A stretch of DNA of 64,000 nucleotides from an uncultured Solirubrobacterales bacterium (GCA_963804675.1 CAWDRI010000001.1:2663842-2727841), one strand, 5' to 3'. Numbered from the stretch's first letter, positions 9,412 through 22,955 are shown. The notes: generated by a model from the letters alone, not told the origin. Numbers and translations are program-made.

Positions 9412-10356
9412 ATGAGCACCCAGTTCGACCGCGACACCGCGGTGCGCCGGCGTGGCATCGCGAGCCAAGACGAGCGCACCGCCGGCAGCGACGGCACCGC
9501 GGACGGCGACGGAGCGGGCCACGACGGTGCGCGCGCGGCGGCCGCCACCGCGACCACCACCGTCACACCAACACCAACGACGCTCTTCGACGCCAACGTC
9601 TCCCCCGATTGGCGCGCTGGGCGCGGCCCGCACGGCGGCTACCTGGCGGCGATGCTGCTGCGCGCGCTGACCGAGGCCGTCGCCGACCCCGCGCGTGCGC
9701 CGCGCTCGCTGACAATCCACTACGCGCGCGCGCCCGAGCCGGGGCCGGTGCAGATCCATACCGTCGTCGAGCGCGCCGGGCGCTCGCTGAGCACGCTCTC
9801 GGCGCGCATGGAACAGGACGGCCGGCTGATGGCGTTGGCGCTGGCGGCCTTCTCGGTCCCGTGGCACGCGCCGGAGATCGCCGAACTGCCGCTGCCCGAG
9901 GTCGAGCCCGCGCGGCCGCGTGTCGATGGCCCGCGCCCGCCGCACCCGCTGGCGCCGCCGTTCGCGCGCCACCTGGAATTCCAGCCGCGGATCGGCACGA
10001 GGCCGTTCACGGGCGCGCAGGCGCCGATGGAGGTCGGTGGCTGGCTGGCGCTGGCCGAGCCGCGCCCACTGGACGCGCTGGCGCTGGCGTTCTTCAGCGA
10101 CGCGCTGTTCTCTCCCCCCTTCATCCGCCTGCACGAGCCGGCGGTGACACCGACGATCGACCTCACGATCCACTTCCGCGCGAGCGTCGCCGACACCAAG
10201 GAGCCGTGCTTCGCGCGCTTTCGCTCGACGGTCGTCCACGAAGGCTTCTTCGAGGAGGACGGCGTGATCTGGGCGCCGGACGGCCGCGTGCTGCTGCACT
10301 CGCGCCAGCTCGCGCTGATCATGCCGCTGGACGCCTCCGGCCACGTCATTCGCTGA
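9412..10356 (+). CDS. Acyl-CoA thioesterase (double hot-dog family)
   Basis: W.AGRGPHGGYLAA, PRSLTIHY, VERAGRSLS, FFSDALFSP, PTIDLTIHF, EEDGVIW..DGRVLLHSRQ. Confidence 0.85.
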   Translation: MSTQFDRDTAVRRRGIASQDERTAGSDGTADGDGAGHDGARAAAATATTTVTPTPTTLFDANVSPDWRAGRGPHGGYLAAMLLRALTEAVADPARAPRSLTIHYARAPEPGPVQIHTVVERAGRSLSTLSARMEQDGRLMALALAAFSVPWHAPEIAELPLPEVEPARPRVDGPRPPHPLAPPFARHLEFQPRIGTRPFTGAQAPMEVGGWLALAEPRPLDALALAFFSDALFSPPFIRLHEPAVTPTIDLTIHFRASVADTKEPCFARFRSTVVHEGFFEEDGVIWAPDGRVLLHSRQLALIMPLDASGHVIR

Positions 10357-10564
10357 GGGGAAAATGCATTTTTCTCAGTTACTCGCCAAAGCTATGAAGC
10401 TGCGGGAGCATCCTCCCTACACGGTATGATTTTCCTACGATGATTCTCATTGGGCGCGTAGCACAGTCCACTTTCACCCGCCACGGGCCGCCGGCCGCGC
10501 CAGCGGGCGGAACTCGTCTGAAATTTTCACGACCTGCCTTGCCGCCAGGGGGTAGCATGGCCCG

Positions 10565-10948
10565 ATGAGCAACTACACCGCGAAGCAAATCGATGAGATG
10601 GAGGCCGCCTTTGGCGGCGGTTTGAAGAAGGCGCGCGCCGAGCTTGGCGTCGAGTCCTTCGGTATGCAGGTGATAGACCTTCCCCCCAACTACCAGGACT
10701 ACCCCGAGCACGACCACGAGTCAGACGGCCAGGAGGAGGTCTACTCGGTCATGCGCGGCTCCGGCGAGATCGACGTCGAAGGCGAGCGCATCGCGCTCAC
10801 ACCCGACATCCTCGTGCGGGTCGGGCCGGGCATCAAGCGCAAGATCTACTCCGGCACAGAGGGCCTGCGCCTGCTGGCGCTGGGCGGAACCCCGGGTGCG
10901 GCTTACGAGGCCGCGGAGTTCACCGAACTGTCGGGCGCGGGCGCCTAG
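10565..10948 (+). CDS. Cupin-domain protein
   Basis: ELGVESFG, EHDHESDGQEEVYSVMRGSG, VRVGPG. Confidence 0.82.
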   Translation: MSNYTAKQIDEMEAAFGGGLKKARAELGVESFGMQVIDLPPNYQDYPEHDHESDGQEEVYSVMRGSGEIDVEGERIALTPDILVRVGPGIKRKIYSGTEGLRLLALGGTPGAAYEAAEFTELSGAGA

Positions 10949-12197
10949 CGCGCGAACGAAGTCTGCGGGTCGAGCGTGCGCGCCGCGGCGGCGATCAGCC
11001 GTGCAGCGGCGTGCACGTCGGCGAGCGCGACCAGCTCGACCGGGGAGTGCATGTAGCGCATCGGCACCGACACCAGCGCAGTCGGCACGCCGCCGCGGCT
11101 GAGGTGCACGGCGTCGGCGTCGGTGCCGGTGTTGCGCCCGGCGGCCTCGACGGTGAAGGGAATGCCCTCTCGCTCTGCCGTGCCGTACAGCAGCTCGAAC
11201 AGCGCCGGGTGCAGTGTCGAGCCGCGGCTGATCACGGGCCCCGACCCGAGCGCGTGCTTGCCCGCCTGCTTGGCCTCGATGCCGGGGGCGTCGGTGGCGT
11301 GGGTGCCGTCGACGACGATCGCCGCGTCGGGCTCCAGCGCGAAGGCGCTCGTGCGCGAACCGCCGAACGTCGTCTCCTCCTGGACGGCGGCCACCGCGAC
11401 CACCTCCCACTGCGAGCCGCCGGCCTGTGCGAGGAGCCGCGCGGCCTCCAGCGCGACGAACGAGCCGATGCGGTTGTCGAGTGCGCGCGCGGCCACACGT
11501 CCACCCAGTAGCTCCAGCGGATCGGCGTCGATCGTGGCGACATCGCCGATGCGCACCAGCTCGGCGGCCTGCGCGCCGTCGCTGGCGCCGATGTCGATGT
11601 GCATGTCGCGCAGTTCGGCGACCTTCTTGCGGTCCTCGTCGCGCAGCAGGTGGATCGGCTTGCGCCCGACCACACCGGGCAGCGCGCCGGCGCGCGTGTC
11701 CAGGCGCACGCGCTGGCCGACGAGCACCTGCGGGTCCCAGCCGCCAACGCCGTCAAACCACAGGAAACCGTCGTCGTCGATATGCGTGACGATCAGCCCG
11801 ATCTCGTCGATGTGGCCCATCACGACCAGCCGCCGCGCGCGGCTGGTGGCGGAGCCAGCGGCGCGGCCCGCGCGGCTGGTGGCGACACGCGCGCGCGAGC
11901 TGCCGACCACGTCGGCGTCGACCTGCGCACCAAAGGACTCGGCCGCCGCCCGCCATACCGCAGCGGGCGCGGTCTCGTGACCGGAGGGCCCGTGCGCGAG
12001 CAGCAGGTCGCGCAGGACCACCGGGAAGTCCACGCTTGACCCGGCGTCGGACCCCCCGCCAGACCCGACGTCGGACCCCCCGCCAGACCCCCCGTCGGAC
12101 CCCCCGTCGGACCCCCCGTCGGACCCCCCGTCGATCCCGACGCCGGACCCCCCATCGTCGGACCCGGCCTTGGGCTCGGCCTCCTCGGCGGCGTCAT

Positions 12198-12201
<4 letters not shown>
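10945..12201 (-). CDS. M42 family metallopeptidase
   Basis: [50 protein letters not shown]; GTG start overlaps acnA stop. Confidence 0.92.
12038..12165. repeat. 12-bp period tandem repeat encoding (GSDG)n in the M42 N-terminus
   Basis: Repeated GACCCCCCGTCG-like units. Confidence 0.85.
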
Positions 12202-15218
<3,017 letters not shown>

Positions 15219-15235
15219 ACGTGGCAGTTTATGAT

Positions 15236-15345
15236 CAGATTGGTCGAGGGGCCCGGCTCGGCGGCCTGCGGCCGCCTGCGCCACCCTCTTCAGATTGGTC
15301 GAGGGGCCCGGCTCGGCGGCCTGCGGCCGCCTGCGCCACCCTCTT
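15236..15345. repeat. Perfect 55-bp tandem duplication of a palindromic REP-like unit
   Basis: CAGATTGGTCGAGGGGCCCGGCTCGGCGGCCTGCGGCCGCCTGCGCCACCCTCTT at 15236-15290 and 15291-15345; inner hairpin GGCGGCC-TGC-GGCCGCC, outer GAGGG/CCCTC. Confidence 0.9.
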
Positions 15346-16417
15346 ATGCGGCCCGCTCGACGCGACCCTTGCCGGCGCGCTTGGAGCGCAGGAGCGCCTC
15401 GTCGCAGGCGGCGAGCAACTCGGCGGCGGTCATCGGCGCACGCCACTGGGCGACGCCGATCGAGCCGCGCACGCCGGGCGTGACGTCGAAGGAGGGCAGC
15501 TCGGCGAGGCGGTGCAAAGCGCGCTCGGCGGCGAAGCCGGCGCTTTGCAGGTCGGCGTTGGGGAGAATCACGACGAACTCGTCGCCGCCGTAGCGGGCGA
15601 CGCGATCGAAGGCGCGAAACTCGCCCATCAGCGCGCGCGCGACGGCGCGCAGCAGCGCGTCCCCGGCGGGGTGTCCGTGGCGGTCGTTGACGAGCTTGAA
15701 GTCGTCGAGGTCGAGCAGCAGGCAGGAGAGGCGCCCGTCGGTGCGCGCAGCACGGCCGATCTCTTCTTCGAGGCGGCGGCGCATCGCGCGGTGGTTCATG
15801 CAGCCGGTGACGGCGTCGGTGCCCGCCTCCGAGCGGGCCAGCAGCAGCGCGAGCGCGCCGGCGGCCTGGTCGACGAGCGCCGCGGCACGGTGTGCGACGT
15901 CCGCGCGCAGCGCGCCGGCCTGGCGCCAGGCGAGCACCACGACGGCCTGCACCTCGTCGCGCACGGAGAGCGGCAGAAGCAGGGCGTCTGCGGCGGCGCC
16001 GTCGGCCGCGCCCGCGAGCCGTGGCATGGCGCGGGCCAGCTCGTGCACGCCGCTGAGCTGCACGCGCTGGCCGGTGCTCGCGACCCACGCGACCGCGGGC
16101 GGGCGTTCGCCGCGGGGCGTCTGGTAGCCGAGTCGACTCTCGCCGGCGAACAGGTAGACGGTGACGGGATCCGCGGCGCCGGCGGCGGCCGCGGCCGCGT
16201 CCCGCTCGTGTGGCGCGGGGGCCGGCGCGAGCCGGTGGATCTGAACCTCGTCGGCGCCGAGCAGCGCGAACAGCTCGCGTGCGAGAGCGTCCATCACGGT
16301 CGCGGGCTCGGCGGGGCCGTCGGCGAGACGCATCAGACGGCGCAGGCCGGCGAGCAGAGGGTCGCCGGCGGCGTCGGCCTCATGCAGATCGGGGGTGTCC
16401 ATACCCACGGTGCCCAT
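15344..16417 (-). CDS. Diguanylate cyclase (GAF-like + GGDEF)
   Basis: [37 protein letters not shown]-site, RYGGDEF, SKRAGK. Confidence 0.92.
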   Translation of the reverse strand: MGTVGMDTPDLHEADAAGDPLLAGLRRLMRLADGPAEPATVMDALARELFALLGADEVQIHRLAPAPAPHERDAAAAAAGAADPVTVYLFAGESRLGYQTPRGERPPAVAWVASTGQRVQLSGVHELARAMPRLAGAADGAAADALLLPLSVRDEVQAVVVLAWRQAGALRADVAHRAAALVDQAAGALALLLARSEAGTDAVTGCMNHRAMRRRLEEEIGRAARTDGRLSCLLLDLDDFKLVNDRHGHPAGDALLRAVARALMGEFRAFDRVARYGGDEFVVILPNADLQSAGFAAERALHRLAELPSFDVTPGVRGSIGVAQWRAPMTAAELLAACDEALLRSKRAGKGRVERAA

Positions 16418-16503
16418 CGCCCCAGAACTGTAGTGGCCTGGGCGGCCGTTCGCGACCGGGGAACCGTGAACGTAACGCGTTGTTGACGTGGGCGCCGCGT
16501 CCG

Positions 16504-19500
16504 CTATGTCCCGAAGGTGACGGTGGCGAACGCCTTGGAACTCGGGTAGTGGCGCGTCTTGGACACGAAGCCAACGCGCAGGCGCAGGCGCAGGCGGCCA
16601 AATTTCTGCAGCACTTCGGTGCCGACGCGGCTGAGCTGCACGCCGAGCGTGAGCTGGCCGGCCTGCTTGATGTGGCGGGTGGTGAACTGTAGGTCGGGCC
16701 CGCCACCGCTGACGCGGCCGCCGTTGGGCGTCTTGACGGTGACGAGCGCCTTGACGCCGGTGGTGCGGTGCGAGACGATCAGCACCGGGCAGTTGCGTAC
16801 GGAGATCTTCGTCTTTTGTGTGATCTTGGTGCCGTTCTGCCCGACGATCGTGGTCGGGGCGATGAGTTTGCTCTGTTCGCGGCAGAGGTTGCCGTTGGCG
16901 GCCAGCAGCGACTGCGGGCCGACGGGCAGGTTGACGGTGGCGCTTGTAATTGGCGCGTCGGGGAGCGATTCGAAGTTGGACGTGATGATGCCGTTGGTCG
17001 AGACGTGGCTGTGGCCGACGAGCACGATCGTCACGCCGTCGCCGCGCAGGATCAGGTCGAGGTCGGGAAACGCCTGGCCGCCGTGCGAGACGAGGTAGGC
17101 GGGCCCGCTGAGCGTGCCGGGCAGGTCGGAGGTGGTGACGGTCGCGCCGCCGACGCGCGCGCCGTTCGGGCAGGCGCCGGGCGGCGGCCCGGTTTCAAAC
17201 GCGGCGGCCAGGCACGCTTTCTTCAGGGTGCTGCCGCGCGAGGGCAGTTGCTTGGGCAGCTGCATCGTGACCTGGCGGATGTTGGCCTGTTTGGCGGTTT
17301 GGGTCACCTTGACTTCGATGCTCGCACCGTTGGCGCGCGAGGTTTTCGAGCCGCTGACCGCGCTGAGGCTGGGTTTGAACGCGAGCTTGGCGCATTCGCC
17401 GACCTGGAAGGGGGTCGAGAGCGACTGCGTGACGCCGCTGGAGGTGCCGGGCGTGATGAAGCCGCCGAGCGTCGATTCGGTCGCCAGTGCGGCGCAGCTG
17501 GTGGGGTTGGTCAGGAAGCTTTGGCGGTTGATCGAGATGACCAGGGCGCGCAGGCGCAGCGGGATGCCGCCTACTACCTGGGGCAGGGTGCTCGCCACGA
17601 CCAGACGGCCGCTGTACGGTTCAACGTTGATGGTGGCGCGGGTGACGACGTTGCCGAGGTTGAACGGCCCGGCGACGGCGGGCACGACGATCGACATGCC
17701 GTAGGGCGCGCCGTTGTAGGGGCCGGTGAGGTAGACGCGACCGTTCACGAAGGCGAACGGCGTCGGCCCGGAACCGGCGGTGACGGCCGCGGCGCCGATC
17801 TGGCTGGCGGCCGAGCAGCTGCCGGCGTTCGCTTCGGCTTCGCCACAGAGCGGCACCGAGGGGATGCTGCCGAGCAGACCGGCGGGCAGCACGCTCTTGA
17901 CCTGGCCGAGGTACTGCTGGCCTTCGGGGCGGGTGAGCGTCAGCTTGAAGGACGTCGCGGCGCCCGCGAGCGCGGACTGGGTTTCGGTGCTCTGGGAGAG
18001 CGAGAACGGCAGCGGCGAGGCGCAGGCGCCGCCGGCATTGTTGCTGTCAACGGTGAACGGTGAGCTGGAGAGCGGGTTGGCCGCGCTCACCGACCACGAG
18101 GTAAGGCTCGCGGTCGCGGTCGCCGGCCCGCAGGAGAGCGGATTGGCGATCGGAGAGAGCGCGCCGCCCTTGAAGGTCAGTTTCAGCGAGCTAAGCGGCT
18201 CTTGCGGGTTTTCCTTGAAGATGGTGGTGAACTGGCCGGTGACCGGGTTGGGCACGACCGAGCCCTGCAGGCGTATGCCGAGGCCATAGCGCGCCGATTC
18301 GACGGCGACGTAGATCGTGTACGGGGGACCGCCGATCGGCCCGTTGGCGGGCTTGCCGAGGTAGATGCTGCCCGTCAGTTCACCTTCGCCTTTTTCGGTC
18401 GGCGCGCCCAGTGGCAGCACGGCGGGGCTCTTGACGGTCGCCGAGCCGATCACCGAGCGGGCGGGGCATTCGATTTTGTTGTTCGTGCCGAGCGCCGCCT
18501 GTTCGGGCGTGCAGCCTTCCAGTTCGGAGGCGGCGGAGGGGTTGAGCGTCATCCCCGCGGGCAGGGTTACTTCGGAGTTGCGCAGATGCGAGGAGGCCAG
18601 CCCGCCCACTTCCTGGGGCTGGGGCACGCCGATTTCCACGGTCGCGCCGTCGGGCGCATCGGACTGCTTGGTTTCCGGGCTCAGTGCGAGGCTCGGCGAG
18701 AAGGGAACTTTTTCGCAGCCTGTGGTTTCCAGTGGAACCGGCGTGAGCGGCGGCACGGGGGTGAACGAGGTGTTCTTTACTTCGCCGGCGTAGGATTCGA
18801 CTTCCAGGTAGTTGGTGGCGGGACCGAGGCACGACGTCGGCACTGTCAGGAACGTGCTGTTTACCGCGGCGCTCAGGAAGACAAGCGTCGAGGAGACGAG
18901 CGGATAGGGCTCGAAGATGTTGGAGATCGTGTAATACTCGTGCGAGTCGCCGGTCGGCACGCCGCCTTTGACGGACGGTTCGCTGTACCAGCTGACACCG
19001 CCCACGATGTTCACCACGCCGGTCGGCGTCACATAGGCGAAGTCCGCCGGTGAGCCGGTGGGGGGCACCATGTTGTAGACGGCGTATTCGGCGGTTTCGT
19101 CTTTGGCTTTGACCGGGTTGTAGAAGGTGGCGACCTCGACGCCCATCTGCGAGCCGAGCGGACAGGCTTCTTTGCCGGGGGTGGTGCCGAGTTCCGCTTC
19201 GGTGCACTGCGGGATCGCGTTGGGGTTCGTGATGAAGCCCGCGGGCGAATCGACCCGCACGCGCTTGACCGGCACCACCGGTTCGCCTTTGGCGTTCGTG
19301 TTGAGCGTGAAGGCGGTGATCGAGAACACCGGATGCGAGCCGGCCTGAGTGTCAGGTTCGGTGCAGCCCGCTTTGGGGTTGGCGTTGTTGCACGCGCCCG
19401 TCTGGAAGCTGAAGGGTGCGACCCCAAATTCTTCGGCGGCCGCGAGCGAGGGCGTGGCCGACACCAACACGACACCGGCAAGGGCGAGTGTGGCGGCGAT

Positions 19501-19557
19501 CAGCGCAATCGCCGAAATTCGCGGCGTCCGAATTGCCGCAGCAGCGGGAAACCTCAT
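16504..19557 (-). CDS. Large secreted protein with four Cys-containing tandem domains and a basic C-terminal domain
   Basis: Signal peptide; four recurrences of [LS]P-x(9-13)-C..C[PS]xx[SA]xxG and terminal PTSC/PLSC/NLC motifs. Confidence 0.8.
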   Translation of the reverse strand: MRFPAAAAIRTPRISAIALIAATLALAGVVLVSATPSLAAAEEFGVAPFSFQTGACNNANPKAGCTEPDTQAGSHPVFSITAFTLNTNAKGEPVVPVKRVRVDSPAGFITNPNAIPQCTEAELGTTPGKEACPLGSQMGVEVATFYNPVKAKDETAEYAVYNMVPPTGSPADFAYVTPTGVVNIVGGVSWYSEPSVKGGVPTGDSHEYYTISNIFEPYPLVSSTLVFLSAAVNSTFLTVPTSCLGPATNYLEVESYAGEVKNTSFTPVPPLTPVPLETTGCEKVPFSPSLALSPETKQSDAPDGATVEIGVPQPQEVGGLASSHLRNSEVTLPAGMTLNPSAASELEGCTPEQAALGTNNKIECPARSVIGSATVKSPAVLPLGAPTEKGEGELTGSIYLGKPANGPIGGPPYTIYVAVESARYGLGIRLQGSVVPNPVTGQFTTIFKENPQEPLSSLKLTFKGGALSPIANPLSCGPATATASLTSWSVSAANPLSSSPFTVDSNNAGGACASPLPFSLSQSTETQSALAGAATSFKLTLTRPEGQQYLGQVKSVLPAGLLGSIPSVPLCGEAEANAGSCSAASQIGAAAVTAGSGPTPFAFVNGRVYLTGPYNGAPYGMSIVVPAVAGPFNLGNVVTRATINVEPYSGRLVVASTLPQVVGGIPLRLRALVISINRQSFLTNPTSCAALATESTLGGFITPGTSSGVTQSLSTPFQVGECAKLAFKPSLSAVSGSKTSRANGASIEVKVTQTAKQANIRQVTMQLPKQLPSRGSTLKKACLAAAFETGPPPGACPNGARVGGATVTTSDLPGTLSGPAYLVSHGGQAFPDLDLILRGDGVTIVLVGHSHVSTNGIITSNFESLPDAPITSATVNLPVGPQSLLAANGNLCREQSKLIAPTTIVGQNGTKITQKTKISVRNCPVLIVSHRTTGVKALVTVKTPNGGRVSGGGPDLQFTTRHIKQAGQLTLGVQLSRVGTEVLQKFGRLRLRLRVGFVSKTRHYPSSKAFATVTFGT

Positions 19558-19741
19558 GTCGATCCTCCCTCGGTAGCCCAGGGCATCCTTGTTTCTATCC
19601 TGGTGAACACATCATAGCCACCCGAGTTGCGCTTCCCGGGATGTAGCGTAATGTTCCGTCCTTCGGGATTTGCCCCCCAGACCAACTCTCCTGGCAACCG
19701 CCCTACCGCGGTGCGGCTCCGGCGCGGCGGGCGCGAAGGCC

Positions 19742-19905
19742 TCAGAGCCCGAGCTTGCGAACGCCGCCGAGCCGGGAGCCGACGTACATGCCGTACGCGT
19801 GGTTCTTGGCGCCGCGGTCGGACACGACGACCGCTACGTGCTCGAGCGCCTGCTGGAACTCGATCGGGAGTTCGTCGAGCGCCGAGCTTACGAGCGCCTC
19901 AACCT
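19742..19905 (-). pseudogene. Zincin_1-like metallopeptidase remnant with internal deletion
   Basis: EALVSSALDELPIEFQQALEHVAVVVSD..AYGMYVG joined almost directly to terminal GVRKLGL*; no HExxH, no clear start. Confidence 0.55.
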
Positions 19906-19967
19906 GAGTAGTCGCCGGAGCGAAAGCATCACGCCTAACGGGCCGGCCTCGCGTGCGCCCAGCGATC

Positions 19968-20411
19968 TCAGTTGGCGAGCCCGAAGTCGCGGCGCATGCC
20001 AGGCAGTGCCGTACGGTCCTTCTCACGGCCCGACGCCTCCTTTGACTTGACGATGTCCTCGGTGGCCGCGACAACGATCGTAAGGTGCTCGAACTCCACG
20101 TTGGTCGCATTGCGCATCCAGTCGTCGTACCTGCCGACACCGTCGGCGCGGCGCACGATCTCCAAGCGCCCGTGCTGCGTTTCGAAGCTCGTACCGAGCC
20201 CTCCATAGTCGGTTTTTATCAAGCCGACTTCCGCCAGCGTGCGGTTGAGCCGCTCCGCATTATCGCCCACGGAAGCCACGGCGATGTCGAGGTCCGCGGT
20301 CGCCCCCGCCCAGCCTCGCAGCTGCGCTGCAACGCCGCCGACAACGACGAAGTCAACGCCGTTGCGTAGGAGTGCTCGGAGTAGGTGAGCTTGGTCGTCC
20401 GCGAGCGTCAC
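19968..20411 (-). CDS. Small nucleotidyltransferase-fold protein (DUF6036/AbiEii-like)
   Basis: GVDFVVVGGVAAQLRG..ATADLDI and EDIVKSKEASGREKD; GTGA overlap with upstream gene. Confidence 0.78.
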   Translation of the reverse strand: MTLADDQAHLLRALLRNGVDFVVVGGVAAQLRGWAGATADLDIAVASVGDNAERLNRTLAEVGLIKTDYGGLGTSFETQHGRLEIVRRADGVGRYDDWMRNATNVEFEHLTIVVAATEDIVKSKEASGREKDRTALPGMRRDFGLAN

Positions 20412-21142
20412 AAATACATTGCCTCAAGCAGTGCCTGTAGCCCCGGTGCGCGAGAGCGCTCTGACTCGCGGGGAGCCGCGTCGGCGATGCGCAGCAGGTC
20501 TCTGGGGTTGGCGACGAGCACCCTGTTTCGCGCGTCAACGTCCACAGGCGACGCGCCTCGATGGAGGTCGCTGTAATCCCCGGTGCCGGGAAGGCTGCGA
20601 GCCATGGCCAGCGTGCCGCCCGCCGGTAGCGTCCAGGGCTCGCGAACGTCTGACTCTCGCCAGCGGTCCTCGACATCTACGGGCACAAGGCCGGCGGCCC
20701 GGAGCTCGCGAACCATCGCCACCGGGTCCGCGGCGACGAACTCAACCTGCGCGCCCTCTGGACGTTGGGGCGCCCCGATGAGGGCCGCCCCCAGTTGGCC
20801 AAATACGACCGTAGCGGTGTCAGCGCCGGCAAGCCACCGCAGTGACCGTTTTGCATCTCTCGCTGCCTCGGCCGGAAGCAGACGTTCAAGCCGCTTAGCC
20901 GGCGACAGCGCGAGCTGCTCGCTGACGCGATCGGCGAGGGTGGTGTCGCGCCTGGTGAGCCTGAGAACTAGGTCGAGCTCGCACTCCCGGATAAGAGCGG
21001 ACACGGCGTCGAGCGATGGAGCTTGGCTCCCGGACTCCCAGCGGGCGATCGTCTCCCGGGGTCGTCCGCTACGCGCGGCAAGCTGTTGCTGGGTAAGACC
21101 CGCGCGATCTCGCGCGATGCGTATGACATCCTGGGCGCGCAT
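20408..21142 (-). CDS. XRE HTH fused to a degenerate nucleotidyltransferase-like domain
   Basis: IRIARDRAGLTQQQLAARSG..TIARWESG..PS HTH; C-terminal half aligns by eye with 19968..20411. Confidence 0.78.
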   Translation of the reverse strand: MRAQDVIRIARDRAGLTQQQLAARSGRPRETIARWESGSQAPSLDAVSALIRECELDLVLRLTRRDTTLADRVSEQLALSPAKRLERLLPAEAARDAKRSLRWLAGADTATVVFGQLGAALIGAPQRPEGAQVEFVAADPVAMVRELRAAGLVPVDVEDRWRESDVREPWTLPAGGTLAMARSLPGTGDYSDLHRGASPVDVDARNRVLVANPRDLLRIADAAPRESERSRAPGLQALLEAMYL

Positions 21143-21165
21143 CTCGTCGTCATAGTAGCGTAAAC

Positions 21166-21192
21166 GTCACATAACGTGTGACTGATGCATCA
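21166..21192. promoter_or_regulatory. Palindromic operator candidate upstream of the HTH gene
   Basis: GTCACA-N5-TGTGAC (21166-21182) followed by palindrome TGATGCATCA (21183-21192). Confidence 0.5.
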
Positions 21193-21414
21193 TATCGGGC
21201 GTGATGTATCCGTCACGTCGCTTCGAGGCCGAAGCAAGAACCTATCCGGCGAGCGCGCTTTGGCCTAACCAGAAGCGAACGGTTTGCAGTGCGCGAGGCG
21301 CACCCGCACCGTCGCCCCGTCCAGGCGCCCGCTGAGGGTCTGCCCGTGGAGCGTGAGCGCGCCGTACAGCCGCCCAGCTCCGCATTTCTGCGCAAACCAC
21401 GACCGGCGGGCCCA

Positions 21415-21696
21415 TCATGGCTTCCCGGATCTGTACCGTGCCCTGGTGGACGAGCGCGTCGATCGTCGGGGCGCTCCAGGTGGGAGGAACTGGCCGCGGC
21501 GCAGACTGGGCCGCCGCGGCTTCAGCAGCGCATGAGTCGCGGCCCAGCCGCCCGGTGTGGTGGCCGCGAGGTTCGCTCGCTCGCTCGGGGGGCCGGTCAA
21601 CGCCCACGCACCAGCGGGCGCAGAGACCGCGAACGCAAGCACCATGATCACCGCCCAGCAGCCTAGCCAGACGTGGCTACGCCAGCCGCAGTTCAC
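21415..21696 (-). pseudogene. 5' remnant of a secreted-protein gene downstream of lipoprotein B
   Basis: GTG directly after the B stop; signal peptide AVIMVLAFAVSAPAGAWA; second copy at 31306-31466 cut by an RHS fragment. Confidence 0.45.
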
Positions 21697-22721
21697 CTAT
21701 CCACCGATCGGTGCGCGAAGATTCCCGACAGAAGTCGCAGAATTTTGATCGGCGACAGGCCGATTGATTGTCCGAACCACCGCACCAGCGCTGTCGAGCC
21801 ATTCCGCACGTGTTGGCTCGCTTTCGTCAATCAACTTGTTCGATCGCTGCGTCAGCTCGCGTCGCAGTGCCGGCGAAAGACCTGGACGATCCAACTCAGA
21901 CGCCAGACTTTTCAATCTCAGGCTGATCTCCATATCAGGCATTGGGGGTACAAACGCAAACGAATTACCACTTACGTTCACTGTCACTGGCTCGTTGTAT
22001 CGATAAGAAAGCCTTATCGATACAACGTCATCTGGTACGAAACCTACTATCGTTTCTCTGCGACCAAGGGCCACGGGACTAAAGACAGCGCGAAATTCTT
22101 CGATAGCTGCAAACGGTTCACATTCATCGGCACTCCAATTATGCTCTCCACGAACCTCAATCACACAAAAGACTGGCTCGATCAAACGTCGCCGGCGCTG
22201 TTCAATGAGCTCGTGCCGCACCATAGCCGGCCGGCAGTGGGCCGGCGGTAATGGTTCTGCACGACCAAACGCGGGAATAACAAAATAGCGACTGCCGTCA
22301 CCATTTGTGGCGATCTCGCGCATATAGTCCGGATAGTAATTGGACAACTCAAAAGCCTTACCTAGGACCTGGGCAAGCCTAGTTTCATTACTTAGAGCCT
22401 TCTCACTTGGCGACGCCAACCTCCGAAAGATCGCAAACCGCGTCAGTATACTCATCGGCAAAGACGTCGAAAGCGCCTGAGGAAAGAGTACGTTGAGGGT
22501 GCAGAAATTTATATCTGACGATAGCGCCAATGCAAGACGAAGCAAACGATTCATTCATATAGACCGCCGAGCTATCACCAGCAGAACATCCTGCGCTGAA
22601 TACCGTACCCATAAGAACCAACAGCACAATCAACGCACCCCTGCGGACCCTAACCAACATACTAGTTTGCGTCCTACGACCCCTCATTACCAGGTTTCCA
22701 TGGATTGAACTACAGAGTCAG
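21535..22721. repeat. ~1.19 kb direct repeat, copy 1 (copy 2 at 31306-32490)
   Basis: Near-identical sequence at offset 9770/9769 covering tip-2 end, lipoprotein B and downstream stub. Confidence 0.92.
21697..22687 (-). pseudogene. Lipoprotein family B, frameshifted copy (B2)
   Basis: Split into ORFs 22403..22687 and 21697..22554 by one extra A (GGAAAGAG near 22483 vs GGAAGAG in intact copy). Confidence 0.85.
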
Positions 22722-22955
22722 TCAATCCAGTGCGTGTAATAGGACAGCCATCTTCGCCTTTCCCTGCAGCAGGCAAAGCAAGCAGACACCATCCAGCATC
22801 GCCTGCGCTGAGTGCCGGCAACAGCACAACCCTTTCGTTCCTGGCGACCGCTGCCGGTGGGTCGCTAGCCGAACCACACCCAGCGGTGCACATAGTCGTA
22901 ACAACACCCAAGACCGCCATCGCTATCAGGTGGCGCCGGCAAGCGGGCTAGTGAC
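22687..22955 (-). pseudogene. Chimeric stub: lipoprotein A3 N-terminus fused to the end of RHS tip 2
   Basis: 22725-22955 matches 29169-29400; ends DSVVQSMETW* identical to the end of the 32456 ORF. Confidence 0.85.

Noticed and set aside
10357-10564. Structured ncRNA in the AT-richer spacer before the cupin gene
   Set aside because: Only a short palindrome (AAAATGCATTTT) and a -10-like TAGCAT; no tRNA or riboswitch pattern recognised
19620-19700. c-di-GMP-I riboswitch upstream of the large secreted protein (GGGCAAATCCCGAAGGAC on minus strand)
   Set aside because: Only partial resemblance; GACGCAAAG and the second stem are not evident; needs an Rfam/Infernal scan
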